Assembly: GCA_021498095.1 (NCBI GenBank)
Contig: JAIZWK010000001.1
Span: 210,001-242,000 of the forward strand
Direction: 5' to 3'
DNA: 32,000 nucleotides
Source of the DNA: Candidatus Harpocratesius repetitus
GTDB lineage: Archaea; Asgardarchaeota; Lokiarchaeia; Sigyniarchaeales; Promethearchaeaceae
Below the pieces are notes generated by a model. That model saw nothing but the letters and a program-made list of their open reading frames with translations, ran no database searches and was not told the DNA's origin. Below are positions 19,343-29,097 of the stretch, one piece after another (within the stretch, counting starts at the first letter, position 1; each line of letters opens with the position of its first letter). Made by a program: the position numbers and the translations under genes.

Positions 19343-22300
19343 ATGAAGCGAAGAAATTTATCTCTTCTATTAGGATTTGTTCTTTCCTTTTCGATGTTCT
19401 TCATCGGAACACCAATTCCGCTGGGTAATGGTATGGTTAATTCAACAACTGATTCTTCTCCAGCGAGTAGTTCTAGTATTTCAAACATTGGTGTAGTAGA
19501 AGGAGATGTCATTTATTATCACTTTATGAATGAATATAGTGATCCTAATGAGGAACAATATGATCATGACTCTGATAATGGTATAGTCAGAGTTGAGGTT
19601 AGAGAAATTAATGCCAGCGAAAATAAAATCTATTATGATTTTTATTTTGTAAATAAAACAGAGTCATCTGTAGAATGGAATTGGGACTATGTGAATGATG
19701 AAATGGGAAATGATTCAGCCCGCTGGCTAGAAGATGATTTTACTCATGAAGTCTTTAATCATTCAATCGTGTTTCCTAACAATATTACTGATATGCAAGC
19801 AGCAAATGCTAGTGAAAACTTAGATCAATTGATAATGGATTCCTTTAATGCATCCTTGATATACTCTGAATATTCAGATGCTGGAAGTGAATGGAATACG
19901 GTCTATTTTGAAGTTTATCCAGATGATGGCGATGAAATATTTTCAGTATTAGTCTATGTAAATAAAACAACAGGATTAATGACTTACTATGAAGAAACAC
20001 AAGGAAACCATACATTTATCCTCGAACTAGCAGGATTTGATCTTTTAAACTATAATTTTGAAATTCCAGATAGTTTTGGTGTTGTTCCAGGTGATTGGAT
20101 TGATCGATTTTCACCTGTCTCAAGAGGTGGATCAAGTGGTGAAGATGATGATAAATGGGGATATTATCCCGATTGGTTAGAACCAAATGATTACTTTGAA
20201 GACGCAACAGATTTAAATGCAGAATTTGGTGCGGGACCAGGGACATGGCATGAATTAAATACATATGAAAATGACGATTATTATCAATTTTATGCCAATA
20301 ATGGTGATACAATTCAAGTCTATGTTAATTATGAACCAAGTGCAGATGTAGTCCTATATACTATTGATTCATTAAATGGAGCTGTAATAGAACAGACAAT
20401 TGGAGAACAAGATCCCGGATGGGAAAGTCTTAGTTGGACTGCTACTTATGACGGAATGTATTATATTAAAATTAATGGCTCAGATGGATTCTGGGGCGAT
20501 AAGTATGAATTTGGAATTAGTATAAATGGAGACTGGGGTCCAGATTATTGGCCAGATGAAGGTTCTGAAGACGATCATAATGATGGTGGTTTTTATATTC
20601 ATGAATATGTAGAATTTGTGTTTACTAATCCTTACACGCAAGAAGATGTGCTTATTATCGATCAAAGTGAATATAAATTCCCTACTATGTTACCAGAAGA
20701 TTGCATAGGAATCCAACCAATGCGTGTTGTATCACGTGTACCTGTAGATAATCCAAACATACAATTAGGAGAAGCTTGGTTCCACAAAGACATTGATTTT
20801 ACTACAACTGATTTTCTAGATTGGTTTGATCTTAATTTCATACAAAATGGTGAATTTAACTTCTCTACATATTCAATAGATTCTGATACAGATTGGGTTA
20901 AATTTGTTGGAATAATTGATGGAACAACAGATAAGTTATATTTCTTTGCTCAAAAACTACCCGGTATAGGAACAGTTCAGTTCTATACTACATATATTGA
21001 ATCTGACGATGATCCAGAACGTAAATACCAAGATATGATCATGACTATTGATTGTTCTGTTCCTGGAGTAATAAAAGAATCAGATCCAACTTTAGGAGTT
21101 TCTGAAGGTGATTGGTGGACATATGTTGTGCAGAGTGAAGAGCGATATGACGAATGGGGTTCAGATAATGATTATCACTATTATGATGAAAGTGTATTGA
21201 TGGCCACATTTACAGTAACGCATATCTTTGCATTAAACCTCACTACTATGGGTGTTGTTGGAAGCATGGAGGTACAGATCATTCATAATGATGGATCGAT
21301 TGATCCTGAAAAACACGTTGAAAATTTCGCACCGTTATTAGTTTACGACACAAATGATCCTGTATCCTTTATTACAATGGGTGGTTTAGGTGATTTAGAA
21401 GGCCCACCAGTATTACTACCTATGGTTGCTGATTGGACTACTCAAGAAACAGCCATGCTCAACTTGTTTAATTCCATGCCAAATGGTCCAGGTTCGCCCA
21501 TTGCATATAAATTCCAGACTAGTACAATTAGATTCCGCTTTGATGGAAGATTTGATGACAGTTGGCCTCAAGATGGCGGAACAGTTTACGCCCATAGAGA
21601 TTGGCAACAAGATATTACTTTGGATGTAAATGATTATGGAATGACTACATATCTAAATCAACGCCAACATGAACATGAAGATTGGTCATTTGTAAATGGA
21701 GGAGAAACTATTAACGGTGGTCGAGATAAAGAAGAAAGATTCGTAGCCTTCATGGTAAATGGTTCAAAAGGATGTGAATATGAAACAGATATTGCTTCAA
21801 TAACTGCGTTAAATTCTCTAGACTCATTGATTTGGGAACGTAGTGAATCACGACCTGCAGGAGAATGGGGTTCTGATGATCCAGGAAGCGACCCAGCAGA
21901 TAAAAGTTTTGAAAAAGTAATTATTGGAAATGTTGTTTCTACATGTGATAATTACGTTGTCTTCTTGGGCGCTCAATTCTGGAAAGGCCCTAATGATACA
22001 GACTTCCATCCTCATGAATGGCACTTAAACACTTCAGAAGAGGAAATTATAGGAAATTACTGGTATTTAGGTTCTATTCGTAAAAATGATATATGGACAT
22101 GGATAGAATCTCAAATCTTCGATATGAGTATAACAGATTTTGCTCCATTAGTCAGTGATATTGTAGAACTCTTAAATTATGCATTCGCTCCAAAAATGCA
22201 CATTACTACCGCGGATATAACTACAAATGGAAGATCCTTTACTATTAGCGCCATGAATGGAACAATTAAACATGAATTTCGATTGGCAGTTAATAGCAAG

Positions 22301-22672
22301 GGAATAATGCAAGATCTGTTTTCGGGTGAATATGATACTTCCACTGATACATGGATTCGTTGGGAACGAAATGTTCTTGTAGAAGCCCCAAGTGGATATG
22401 AAGTGGGAGAATTCTTCATGGACGATATTCCACCAAATTATGTTCCATCATCAGCTTATAATCCTCCTGTTAATACAACAACGGATGATACAACCACAGA
22501 TGATACAACCACAGATGACACAGCAACTGACGATACAGCAACAGATGACACAGCAACTGATGATACCGCTCCAACAAATCCATTCGAAAACATTCCAGGA
22601 TACACAACTAGTGCAGTTCTAATTTTCTCATTAATCGGTGTTGTGGCACTTACTTTGAGAAAACGGCGATAA
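19343..22672 (+). CDS. Large acidic cell-surface protein with repeated GVxxGD modules, a PPC-like domain, a Thr/Asp linker and a C-terminal IPGY-TM-RKRR sorting signal (PGF-/Loki-CTERM-like)
   Basis: Signal peptide MKRRNLSLLLG; GVVEGD at 19490, GVVPGD at 20078 and GVSEGD at 21095; PPC-like EPNDYFEDA...NDDYYQF...YYIKING; C-terminal NIPGYTTSAVLIFSLIGVVALTLRKRR. The likely start is ATG 19343, preceded by GGAG. Confidence 0.8.
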   Translation: MKRRNLSLLLGFVLSFSMFFIGTPIPLGNGMVNSTTDSSPASSSSISNIGVVEGDVIYYHFMNEYSDPNEEQYDHDSDNGIVRVEVREINASENKIYYDFYFVNKTESSVEWNWDYVNDEMGNDSARWLEDDFTHEVFNHSIVFPNNITDMQAANASENLDQLIMDSFNASLIYSEYSDAGSEWNTVYFEVYPDDGDEIFSVLVYVNKTTGLMTYYEETQGNHTFILELAGFDLLNYNFEIPDSFGVVPGDWIDRFSPVSRGGSSGEDDDKWGYYPDWLEPNDYFEDATDLNAEFGAGPGTWHELNTYENDDYYQFYANNGDTIQVYVNYEPSADVVLYTIDSLNGAVIEQTIGEQDPGWESLSWTATYDGMYYIKINGSDGFWGDKYEFGISINGDWGPDYWPDEGSEDDHNDGGFYIHEYVEFVFTNPYTQEDVLIIDQSEYKFPTMLPEDCIGIQPMRVVSRVPVDNPNIQLGEAWFHKDIDFTTTDFLDWFDLNFIQNGEFNFSTYSIDSDTDWVKFVGIIDGTTDKLYFFAQKLPGIGTVQFYTTYIESDDDPERKYQDMIMTIDCSVPGVIKESDPTLGVSEGDWWTYVVQSEERYDEWGSDNDYHYYDESVLMATFTVTHIFALNLTTMGVVGSMEVQIIHNDGSIDPEKHVENFAPLLVYDTNDPVSFITMGGLGDLEGPPVLLPMVADWTTQETAMLNLFNSMPNGPGSPIAYKFQTSTIRFRFDGRFDDSWPQDGGTVYAHRDWQQDITLDVNDYGMTTYLNQRQHEHEDWSFVNGGETINGGRDKEERFVAFMVNGSKGCEYETDIASITALNSLDSLIWERSESRPAGEWGSDDPGSDPADKSFEKVIIGNVVSTCDNYVVFLGAQFWKGPNDTDFHPHEWHLNTSEEEIIGNYWYLGSIRKNDIWTWIESQIFDMSITDFAPLVSDIVELLNYAFAPKMHITTADITTNGRSFTISAMNGTIKHEFRLAVNSKGIMQDLFSGEYDTSTDTWIRWERNVLVEAPSGYEVGEFFMDDIPPNYVPSSAYNPPVNTTTDDTTTDDTTTDDTATDDTATDDTATDDTAPTNPFENIPGYTTSAVLIFSLIGVVALTLRKRR
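22481..22570 (+). repeat. Coding tandem repeat, 6 x 15 bp, encoding TDDT(T/A)
   Basis: Units ACGGATGATACAACC, ACAGATGATACAACC, ACAGATGACACAGCA, ACTGACGATACAGCA, ACAGATGACACAGCA and ACTGATGATACCGCT. Confidence 0.95.
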
Positions 22673-22688
22673 ATTTCCAGAAAGGGAA

Positions 22689-22710
22689 TTTTTTTCTTTT
22701 TTATTTTTTC
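22689..22710 (+). terminator. Oligo-T archaeal terminator candidate
   Basis: Long T runs beginning 16 nt after the stop codon at 22672. Confidence 0.5.
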
Positions 22711-22951
22711 AATAATTTATCTTTTTCTAATAATTTTGCATTTTTATTATTATATTCACATTAATTACAATTATTTGAAGATGAGATATTTATGTGTAAG
22801 TTATTATTCATTATATGACATTTTTCCGTCATTCTGTGCTCTTTTTTTGCGATCTCACGACGCATTACAAATATTTAATTATCATTTTGCATTTATTCAT
22901 TTGAAATTTTTTTTAATAATTATTCATAAGCTGTAAATTTTCAAGGCTAAG

Positions 22952-24304
22952 GTGAAAAAAATGAAAGAAACAGATGTTCTTGTAGTAGGCGGTGGTCCTG
23001 CGGCTGTGATCACTTCAGTGGTTGCAGCTCAAATGCATCCAGATAAGAAAATAACAACTGTTCGAAATTTTCCCACAGTTCCCATTCCTTGTGCAATTCC
23101 ATACAGTTTTGGACAGCTTCAAGGGATTGACAACAATTTAATGCCAGATAAAGGCTATCATGCCAATAATATTGAGTTGATCATCGATGAAGCCATAAAC
23201 GGTGATCGAAATGAAAAAGTAATTGAATTGAAATCGGGTGAAAAGATTAAATACGATAAGTTGGTTCTTGCAACTGGTTCAAAACCAATCATTCCGACTT
23301 TTATTCCAGGATATGACAAACCTCATGTATTCATTGTTTCTAAAGATAATGAATATTTGAAAGAAGTCTATAAAGCCAGCGAAACGGCAAATAAAATTGT
23401 AATAATCGGAGCAGGATTTATTGGAATGGAATTTGCAGATGAATTCCTTCGACTAAATAAAGATATCACTATTGTTGAAATGCTTGATCATGTTCTCGGC
23501 AATTCATTTGATATGGAATTTAGTAATCAAGTTGCTGAGAAATTTACTGAAGCTGGAGTAAAATTATTAACTGGAAAGAAAGTAATCGCAATTGATGATG
23601 ATTATGTCCAATTAGAATCTGGCGAAAAAATTAATGCAGACATGGTATTAGTTGCAATTGGAGCAGTACCGAATACAGATTTAGCATCAAAGCTTGGCTT
23701 GAAACTAGAGGGAAAAGGAATCTGGGTTGATGAATATTTACGAACTTCTGATGATGACATCTTAGCCGTAGGAGATTGCGCTTCAAAAATCGATTTTTTC
23801 ACCAGAAGACCCACATATGTAATGTTGGCATCAACTGCTTGTGCAGAAGCACGGATAGCAGGCGCAAATCTTTTTGGATTGCAAGTTGTTCGTGAAAACA
23901 AAGGCACAATAGGTGTTTTCTCGACCAATCTTCAAGGTCTTACATTAGCTACAGCCGGTCTCACAGAAAATATTGCGAGAAAATCTGGTTTTGAAGTAAT
24001 TACAGCAACAACGACTTCACCTAATCGGCATCCTGGGAAATTTGCCGATACCTCAAAAATTACAGTTAAGTTGATCTTTGCAAAAACATGCGGTAATTTA
24101 CTTGGAGGACAGATAATTTCGGGTGGAAAATCAGTAGCAGAAATGATTAATGCGATTGCAGTAGCAATTCAACAGAAAATGACAGTTACTGAATTGTTTA
24201 CCCTTCAATTTGGAACACATCCATTAGTCACATCGGCACCAACAACTTATCCTTTGATTACTGCCGCCCAAGCTGTTCTCATGAAGTTAAAGCACGAAAA
24301 ATGA
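22952..24304 (+). CDS. FAD-dependent pyridine nucleotide-disulfide oxidoreductase, CoA-disulfide reductase / NADH oxidase family
   Basis: GGGPAA FAD motif, single redox Cys in IPCAIPY, ATGS, GAGFIGMEFA, AVGDCA and a C-terminal dimerisation domain. Confidence 0.9.
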   Translation: MKKMKETDVLVVGGGPAAVITSVVAAQMHPDKKITTVRNFPTVPIPCAIPYSFGQLQGIDNNLMPDKGYHANNIELIIDEAINGDRNEKVIELKSGEKIKYDKLVLATGSKPIIPTFIPGYDKPHVFIVSKDNEYLKEVYKASETANKIVIIGAGFIGMEFADEFLRLNKDITIVEMLDHVLGNSFDMEFSNQVAEKFTEAGVKLLTGKKVIAIDDDYVQLESGEKINADMVLVAIGAVPNTDLASKLGLKLEGKGIWVDEYLRTSDDDILAVGDCASKIDFFTRRPTYVMLASTACAEARIAGANLFGLQVVRENKGTIGVFSTNLQGLTLATAGLTENIARKSGFEVITATTTSPNRHPGKFADTSKITVKLIFAKTCGNLLGGQIISGGKSVAEMINAIAVAIQQKMTVTELFTLQFGTHPLVTSAPTTYPLITAAQAVLMKLKHEK

Positions 24305-24340
24305 GAAAAAAAAGCAATTTTTTTACAAAACATAAATACT

Positions 24341-24844
24341 TTATTTTTTTTCCTTATTCTTTGAATTTTTCTTATTTTCATAATATATTATCTTAAAGAT
24401 TTTGGTAAATTTTATTACCTTAAGCGGACGTCTTATTTTTAATTTACCATGCAATAATGCTTTGACAGGGTTGACTTTTCCTACAGAAAGTTTTAAGAAG
24501 GTGGTTATATCTGTGGTGATACGCGCTTTTATTTTTCTTTTTATGGGTTTAAGTTCCTCTGGTTTATTTTTCACCTGTTCTACAAATATTTCCCCATTTT
24601 TTATTCGAACTATTGCAGAGCGTCTATCATCAACAGCAATTAACAATACATTTAATTGCTGATTTCCAAATTCTTGCTTAAATTTTTCTGAATTATTAAG
24701 TATTTTGACTTGATTCCAGATGATTGAGGGAAATCCCCTTAATTTTTTCTTTTTTCCCTCTTTAACTGTTGATCTTTCATCTTTATTTATCTTTTGAGAA
24801 GAAATTTTTGAAGATACATTTGAATTACTCACATTTGGTTCCAT
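24341..24844 (-). CDS. SCP2 sterol/lipid-binding domain protein
   Basis: IVRIKNGEIFV...ARITTDITTFLKLSVGKVNPVKALLHGKLKI matches the SCP2 pattern. Confidence 0.85.
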   Translation of the reverse strand: MEPNVSNSNVSSKISSQKINKDERSTVKEGKKKKLRGFPSIIWNQVKILNNSEKFKQEFGNQQLNVLLIAVDDRRSAIVRIKNGEIFVEQVKNKPEELKPIKRKIKARITTDITTFLKLSVGKVNPVKALLHGKLKIRRPLKVIKFTKIFKIIYYENKKNSKNKEKK

Positions 24845-24936
24845 AAAAAAAAGAATTGATTGAACTAAATAAAATTTCTTAAAGATTTACTATTTACTAA
24901 TAATTAAAATAAAATATCTTTTGAAAATAAAAATTA

Positions 24937-25725
24937 TTGACAAATTTATTTACAAAGGAAATGTATAAAGATAATTTAATGAGAGATATTTATCAAATTG
25001 AGAATTATGAAGAAAATAATCCACCAGATATCTCAATAGATGAATTTTTACCTCTTCTTGAACTTCCAATCCCTTATATGCTATATCCAAAAATTCCAGG
25101 AATCTCTCTCAACCAAGTATTTTTCAACCTTTCTGATTATCAGATGCAGAATGTTGCTCTTGAAATCCGTCAATTCTTAGATTTTTTCCATTCCCCTGAA
25201 TTTTATCGCGTTTTTCAATCAAACTTTCCGCAACATTTATCTTTTTCACAATATAGATATTTCCATTTTTGGGAAAAAAAATATGAATACATACGAGAAA
25301 AGATATATCCTATTCTATTAAATGAAGAAAAATCATGGTTATCGCATCTCTTTGAAGATTTCTTGAATCACACCGAGTATTTTAAATTTCATCCGACAAT
25401 AACTCATAACGATTTCGACTCCAGTAATATTCTTATTTCGCAAGATTTCGCACATATATCGGGGATTATAGATTTTGAAGAATGCGCAGTTGGAGATCTT
25501 GCTGTAGATCTACTTTTTTATAGAGAAGGAAAAAGCTTTCAAGAAATTATCAGGAGGGGAAGCAGTAGCGTTAAATATGATCCTTATTTAGAAAAACGCT
25601 GTAATTTCCTTTACTACCGCACTTGCATCCCTTATTTAGAATGGGGGTTGAAGCACGAAAGAACATCAATGATAAATTACGGTAAAAGAAGATTACATTT
25701 TCTTATGAACAAATTGTATATATAA
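24937..25725 (+). CDS. APH/choline-kinase-like phosphotransferase, apparently with a shortened N-lobe
   Basis: Brenner motif ITHNDFDSSNILI, metal-binding GIIDFEE, GDLAVDL and hinge YMLYPKIPG. Confidence 0.8.
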   Translation: MTNLFTKEMYKDNLMRDIYQIENYEENNPPDISIDEFLPLLELPIPYMLYPKIPGISLNQVFFNLSDYQMQNVALEIRQFLDFFHSPEFYRVFQSNFPQHLSFSQYRYFHFWEKKYEYIREKIYPILLNEEKSWLSHLFEDFLNHTEYFKFHPTITHNDFDSSNILISQDFAHISGIIDFEECAVGDLAVDLLFYREGKSFQEIIRRGSSSVKYDPYLEKRCNFLYYRTCIPYLEWGLKHERTSMINYGKRRLHFLMNKLYI

Positions 25726-25801
25726 ATTTCAATTTATGGCAAAATTTTAAATTATTAAATTATCACAATGAAATTAATGAAAGTATAAAAAACAGAAAAT
25801 A

Positions 25802-26335
25802 ATGAGACAAATGGCATTTCAATTCAACCTTCAGCGACCTTACAAACGAGATAAGCCCCCTCAGAAACAACTTGAAAATAATGATTTCTTTCATGCTTTT
25901 AAAAGAGGATTTCAAAAGAAGAACCAAAAAAAGGAATTTTTAATAGTTTCACTAGTTGTAACCATAATATTTTGGATTATGATGAATATCTTTTTTCCTA
26001 ATTTCTGGAACTCTCACTCAGAATTTAATGTCGTTTTTCTAGTATATATTGCTGTTTTATCCTTTATGATTATTCTGGTGTATTATTCAGAACTAAGCAA
26101 AGAGCACAAGAACACAATGTTTTATTCCGTTCTGGAACGACAATATTCATCTCAATTAATTGATACAAATCAAAATGCTTTACACATATCTTCTGCACAA
26201 CAATTGCAATCTTTTCCTAATTTTTGCCCACATTGTGGAACCCAAATAAGCAATTATATATATTCGGAAAATCCAGATGAATCACCAAAATTTTGTCCTT
26301 TTTGTGGTGAATCTCTTTATTATTCATTATTATGA
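25802..26335 (+). CDS. Two-TM membrane protein with a C-terminal double zinc ribbon
   Basis: Two hydrophobic helices followed by FCPHCG and FCPFCG. Confidence 0.8.
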   Translation: MRQMAFQFNLQRPYKRDKPPQKQLENNDFFHAFKRGFQKKNQKKEFLIVSLVVTIIFWIMMNIFFPNFWNSHSEFNVVFLVYIAVLSFMIILVYYSELSKEHKNTMFYSVLERQYSSQLIDTNQNALHISSAQQLQSFPNFCPHCGTQISNYIYSENPDESPKFCPFCGESLYYSLL

Positions 26336-26442
26336 GATAAATAAAAGTGCTTTACAGAGAATTTTTATGGGTCATCCGGTATCTATTATATACAGAAGTT
26401 AGAATAGAGAATATAGAGAAAAAGAATGCAAAAGGTGTGTTT

Positions 26443-28077
26443 ATGAAATCACTTAAATCATTAAATTTAACAAATTTACCAGAATGGCAGGATTTGCAAA
26501 AACATTATGAACAAATCAAAGATTTACATTTACGTTATTTATTCGCCCAAGATTCAAAACGAGCTCAAAAATTTTCCATTCGTGCAGGAGACTTATTGGT
26601 AGATTTTTCCAAACATCGTATTACAGAAGAAACAATTAAATTACTCTTGAAATTAGCAGATCGATGTAATTTAAAACAAGAAATCGAAAAAATGTTTACA
26701 GGAGAAAAAATAAATTGCACAGAAAATCGTGCAGTGTTGCATGTTGCTCTCCGAAATTTGGCAGGAAACCCAATTTTTGTTGATGGCAAGGATGTGATGC
26801 CTGAAGTTAAACGAGTTTTGAATCAGATGAAACACTTTGCGACACAAATTCGTTCTGGTGAATGGAAAGGTTTTTCTGGAAAATCAATACGCAATATAGT
26901 AAATATCGGTATAGGAGGCTCAGATCTTGGTCCAAAGATGGTAACTAAAGCGTTAACACCATATCATCAGCGTTCTCTTCAATTTTATTTCGTTTCTAAT
27001 GTAGATGGAACCCACATTTCCGAAACACTACGCAACTTAAATCCAGAAGAAACATTATTCATCATTGCCTCAAAATCTTTCACAACTCAAGAAACAATGA
27101 CAAATGCAAATACAGCAAAAGACTGGATTGTAAATTATTTCAATAATAATGAAGCAGTAGCCAAACATTTTGTGGCAATTTCTACAAATTTATCAGGTGT
27201 TTCAGAATTTGGTATTAATCCCGAGAATATGTTCGAATTTTGGGATTGGGTCGGTGGTCGCTATTCGTTGACATCTGCTATCGGTCTTTCCATTATGATT
27301 GCCATTGGACCTGAGAATCATCACAAATTGTTAGAAGGTTTTCATGCAATGGATCAACACTTTCGCACAACATCATTTGATCGCAATATTCCTGTAATAT
27401 TAGCCCTTTTGGGTATTTGGTATAATAACTTTTTTCATGCAGAAACGCATGCAATTTTACCTTATTCCCAATATTTGGAAGATTTCCCTCGCTATTTCCA
27501 GCAAGGAGATATGGAATCAAATGGAAAATCGGTGGACAGAGAAGGCAATTATATAAATTACCAAACTGGGCCGATAATTTGGGGAGAACCAGGTACCAAT
27601 GGACAACATGCATTTTATCAGTTGATTCATCAAGGGACCAAATTAATCCCTTGTGATTTTATTGGATTTGCAAATTCCCACAACCCAATAGGTGATCATC
27701 ACATAAAATTGATGGCAAACTTCTTTGCCCAACCTGAAGCCTTAGCATTCGGCAAGACTGCAGAAGAATTGACCAAAGAAGGAATTCCTCAAGATTTAAT
27801 TCCACATAAATCTTTTAAAGGAAACCGCCCAACAACATCTATTTTGGCGCCAAAACTAACCCCATACGTTTTAGGACAGCTGATTGCGATGTATGAACAT
27901 AAAATTTTCGTACAAGGAGTGATTTGGAACATCTTTTCGTTCGATCAATGGGGTGTTCAGTTAGGAAAAGTTTTAGCCAAACAAATTTTACCAGAATTAA
28001 CCTCAACAGACCCACCATCGCATGATAGTTCCACCAATCAGCTAATTGAACATTTCCGAAAGTTTTTTCAAATTTAA
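26443..28077 (+). CDS. pgi: Glucose-6-phosphate isomerase, long bacterial/eukaryotic type
   Basis: [56 protein letters not shown] and [10 protein letters not shown] motifs. The start is probably ATG 26443, preceded by AGGTG. Confidence 0.97.
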   Translation: MKSLKSLNLTNLPEWQDLQKHYEQIKDLHLRYLFAQDSKRAQKFSIRAGDLLVDFSKHRITEETIKLLLKLADRCNLKQEIEKMFTGEKINCTENRAVLHVALRNLAGNPIFVDGKDVMPEVKRVLNQMKHFATQIRSGEWKGFSGKSIRNIVNIGIGGSDLGPKMVTKALTPYHQRSLQFYFVSNVDGTHISETLRNLNPEETLFIIASKSFTTQETMTNANTAKDWIVNYFNNNEAVAKHFVAISTNLSGVSEFGINPENMFEFWDWVGGRYSLTSAIGLSIMIAIGPENHHKLLEGFHAMDQHFRTTSFDRNIPVILALLGIWYNNFFHAETHAILPYSQYLEDFPRYFQQGDMESNGKSVDREGNYINYQTGPIIWGEPGTNGQHAFYQLIHQGTKLIPCDFIGFANSHNPIGDHHIKLMANFFAQPEALAFGKTAEELTKEGIPQDLIPHKSFKGNRPTTSILAPKLTPYVLGQLIAMYEHKIFVQGVIWNIFSFDQWGVQLGKVLAKQILPELTSTDPPSHDSSTNQLIEHFRKFFQI

Positions 28078-28080
28078 AAC

Positions 28081-28104
28081 GAAATTGGATAGATTCCCAA
28101 TTTC
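28081..28104 (+). terminator. Stem-loop directly after pgi (GAAATTGG-N8-CCAATTTC)
   Basis: Perfect 8-bp inverted repeat 3 nt after the pgi stop; the following T-tract is weak. Confidence 0.35.
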
Positions 28105-28128
28105 CAAATTTTATTCGAGGCAAAAAAA

Positions 28129-29067
28129 TTGTATATCGGAGTAAAAGATCAAAAAATTGTGTTTATGCAGATGGAATTGGGGGATTTTTTTAACAAAACC
28201 ACTAAAAAAATATTTGATCTAAAAAACCCTAAGGAAAATCGAAAAGCATCTATAGTTTTGAAGCCAAAAGGATTAGCCAGATTCAATAAAAGACGAAAAA
28301 GAGAATTGAGGGCCAAAATTAAAGAGCAATTTCAACCCCGTTTTATCACAGTGGTAAATAATGAAAATCCAACTATCACCATTACTAAGAATTCAAATAT
28401 AGAAATTGAACAAAAAAGCAAACCAAAGAAGCGAAATAAGAAAAGAGAAAGAAAGAAAAAGAAAATAAAAAAAACTAATCACAGTTCCCAATTTTCTCCT
28501 CAATTATCAGAAAATCATCTATTAAGTGCTCAAACAACTGCTCAATCAAATAACCAAGATGATAGATCTAATTCACAATATCGAGATCTTTTAGCCTTTT
28601 CTTCTTCAAGATCAGTATCAGTTGATTCTTATCAGCCATCACCTCTGCCCACTTCGCAAGAAATTAACAAAAAGAAGGCGAAATCAACCCAAGTATCTCA
28701 AAAAGAAATAGAAGAACAAAAAAAGCCGCTAAAACTTTCATCTCCCATTGAATATACAATACCAGATAATATAACTAGAAAATTTGGTCACACAGGAGAC
28801 ATTCCTATTCCATGTCCCTATTGTAATGAAGAAATTTGGTTCTTTCCTGAAGATCTAGATAGTGTTCATTTCCATTCTACCAGACTTTGTGATTGTGGAG
28901 CAATTGTGCGAATTTCTACGAGAGAATATTATAATAAAATATTCTCAAATCTTTTTAATAAAGATAAATCTCAAGAAAAAAATTTAGACATTGAAATTCT
29001 AGCCACAGCATTGCATGATAATGAAGGAAATACAATATACAGTTATGGATTCAAACCAATAGAATGA
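28129..29067 (+). CDS. Hypothetical protein with a Lys-rich, Ser/Gln low-complexity middle and a C-terminal Zn-ribbon-like domain
   Basis: Long ORF containing KSKPKKRNKKRERKKKKIKK and CPYC...CDC. Confidence 0.65.
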   Translation: MYIGVKDQKIVFMQMELGDFFNKTTKKIFDLKNPKENRKASIVLKPKGLARFNKRRKRELRAKIKEQFQPRFITVVNNENPTITITKNSNIEIEQKSKPKKRNKKRERKKKKIKKTNHSSQFSPQLSENHLLSAQTTAQSNNQDDRSNSQYRDLLAFSSSRSVSVDSYQPSPLPTSQEINKKKAKSTQVSQKEIEEQKKPLKLSSPIEYTIPDNITRKFGHTGDIPIPCPYCNEEIWFFPEDLDSVHFHSTRLCDCGAIVRISTREYYNKIFSNLFNKDKSQEKNLDIEILATALHDNEGNTIYSYGFKPIE

Positions 29068-29097
29068 ATTCATGCATATACATTTCAAAACTGAATT

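Noticed and set aside
22481-22570. 15-bp repeats as a possible CRISPR array
   Set aside because: The units are contiguous without spacers, in frame, and vary at synonymous positions, so this is a coding linker. No cas genes are in the window.
22736-22936. Track ORF of 66 aa between the surface protein and the oxidoreductase
   Set aside because: TTG start and F/Y/I-rich translation typical of a T-rich terminator/promoter region.
24937-25725. Aminoglycoside resistance gene
   Set aside because: The APH-like fold is shared by many small-molecule kinases; nothing here indicates an antibiotic substrate.
2146-27613. Short track ORFs overlapping long genes (for example 2146, 5509, 7994, 8435, 10010, 13145, 15601, 16050, 17436, 19327, 20016, 20480, 21416, 21426, 22177, 22392, 23602, 24402, 26565, 27293)
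   Set aside because: They are antisense or off-frame shadows of well-supported genes and have no recognisable motifs.
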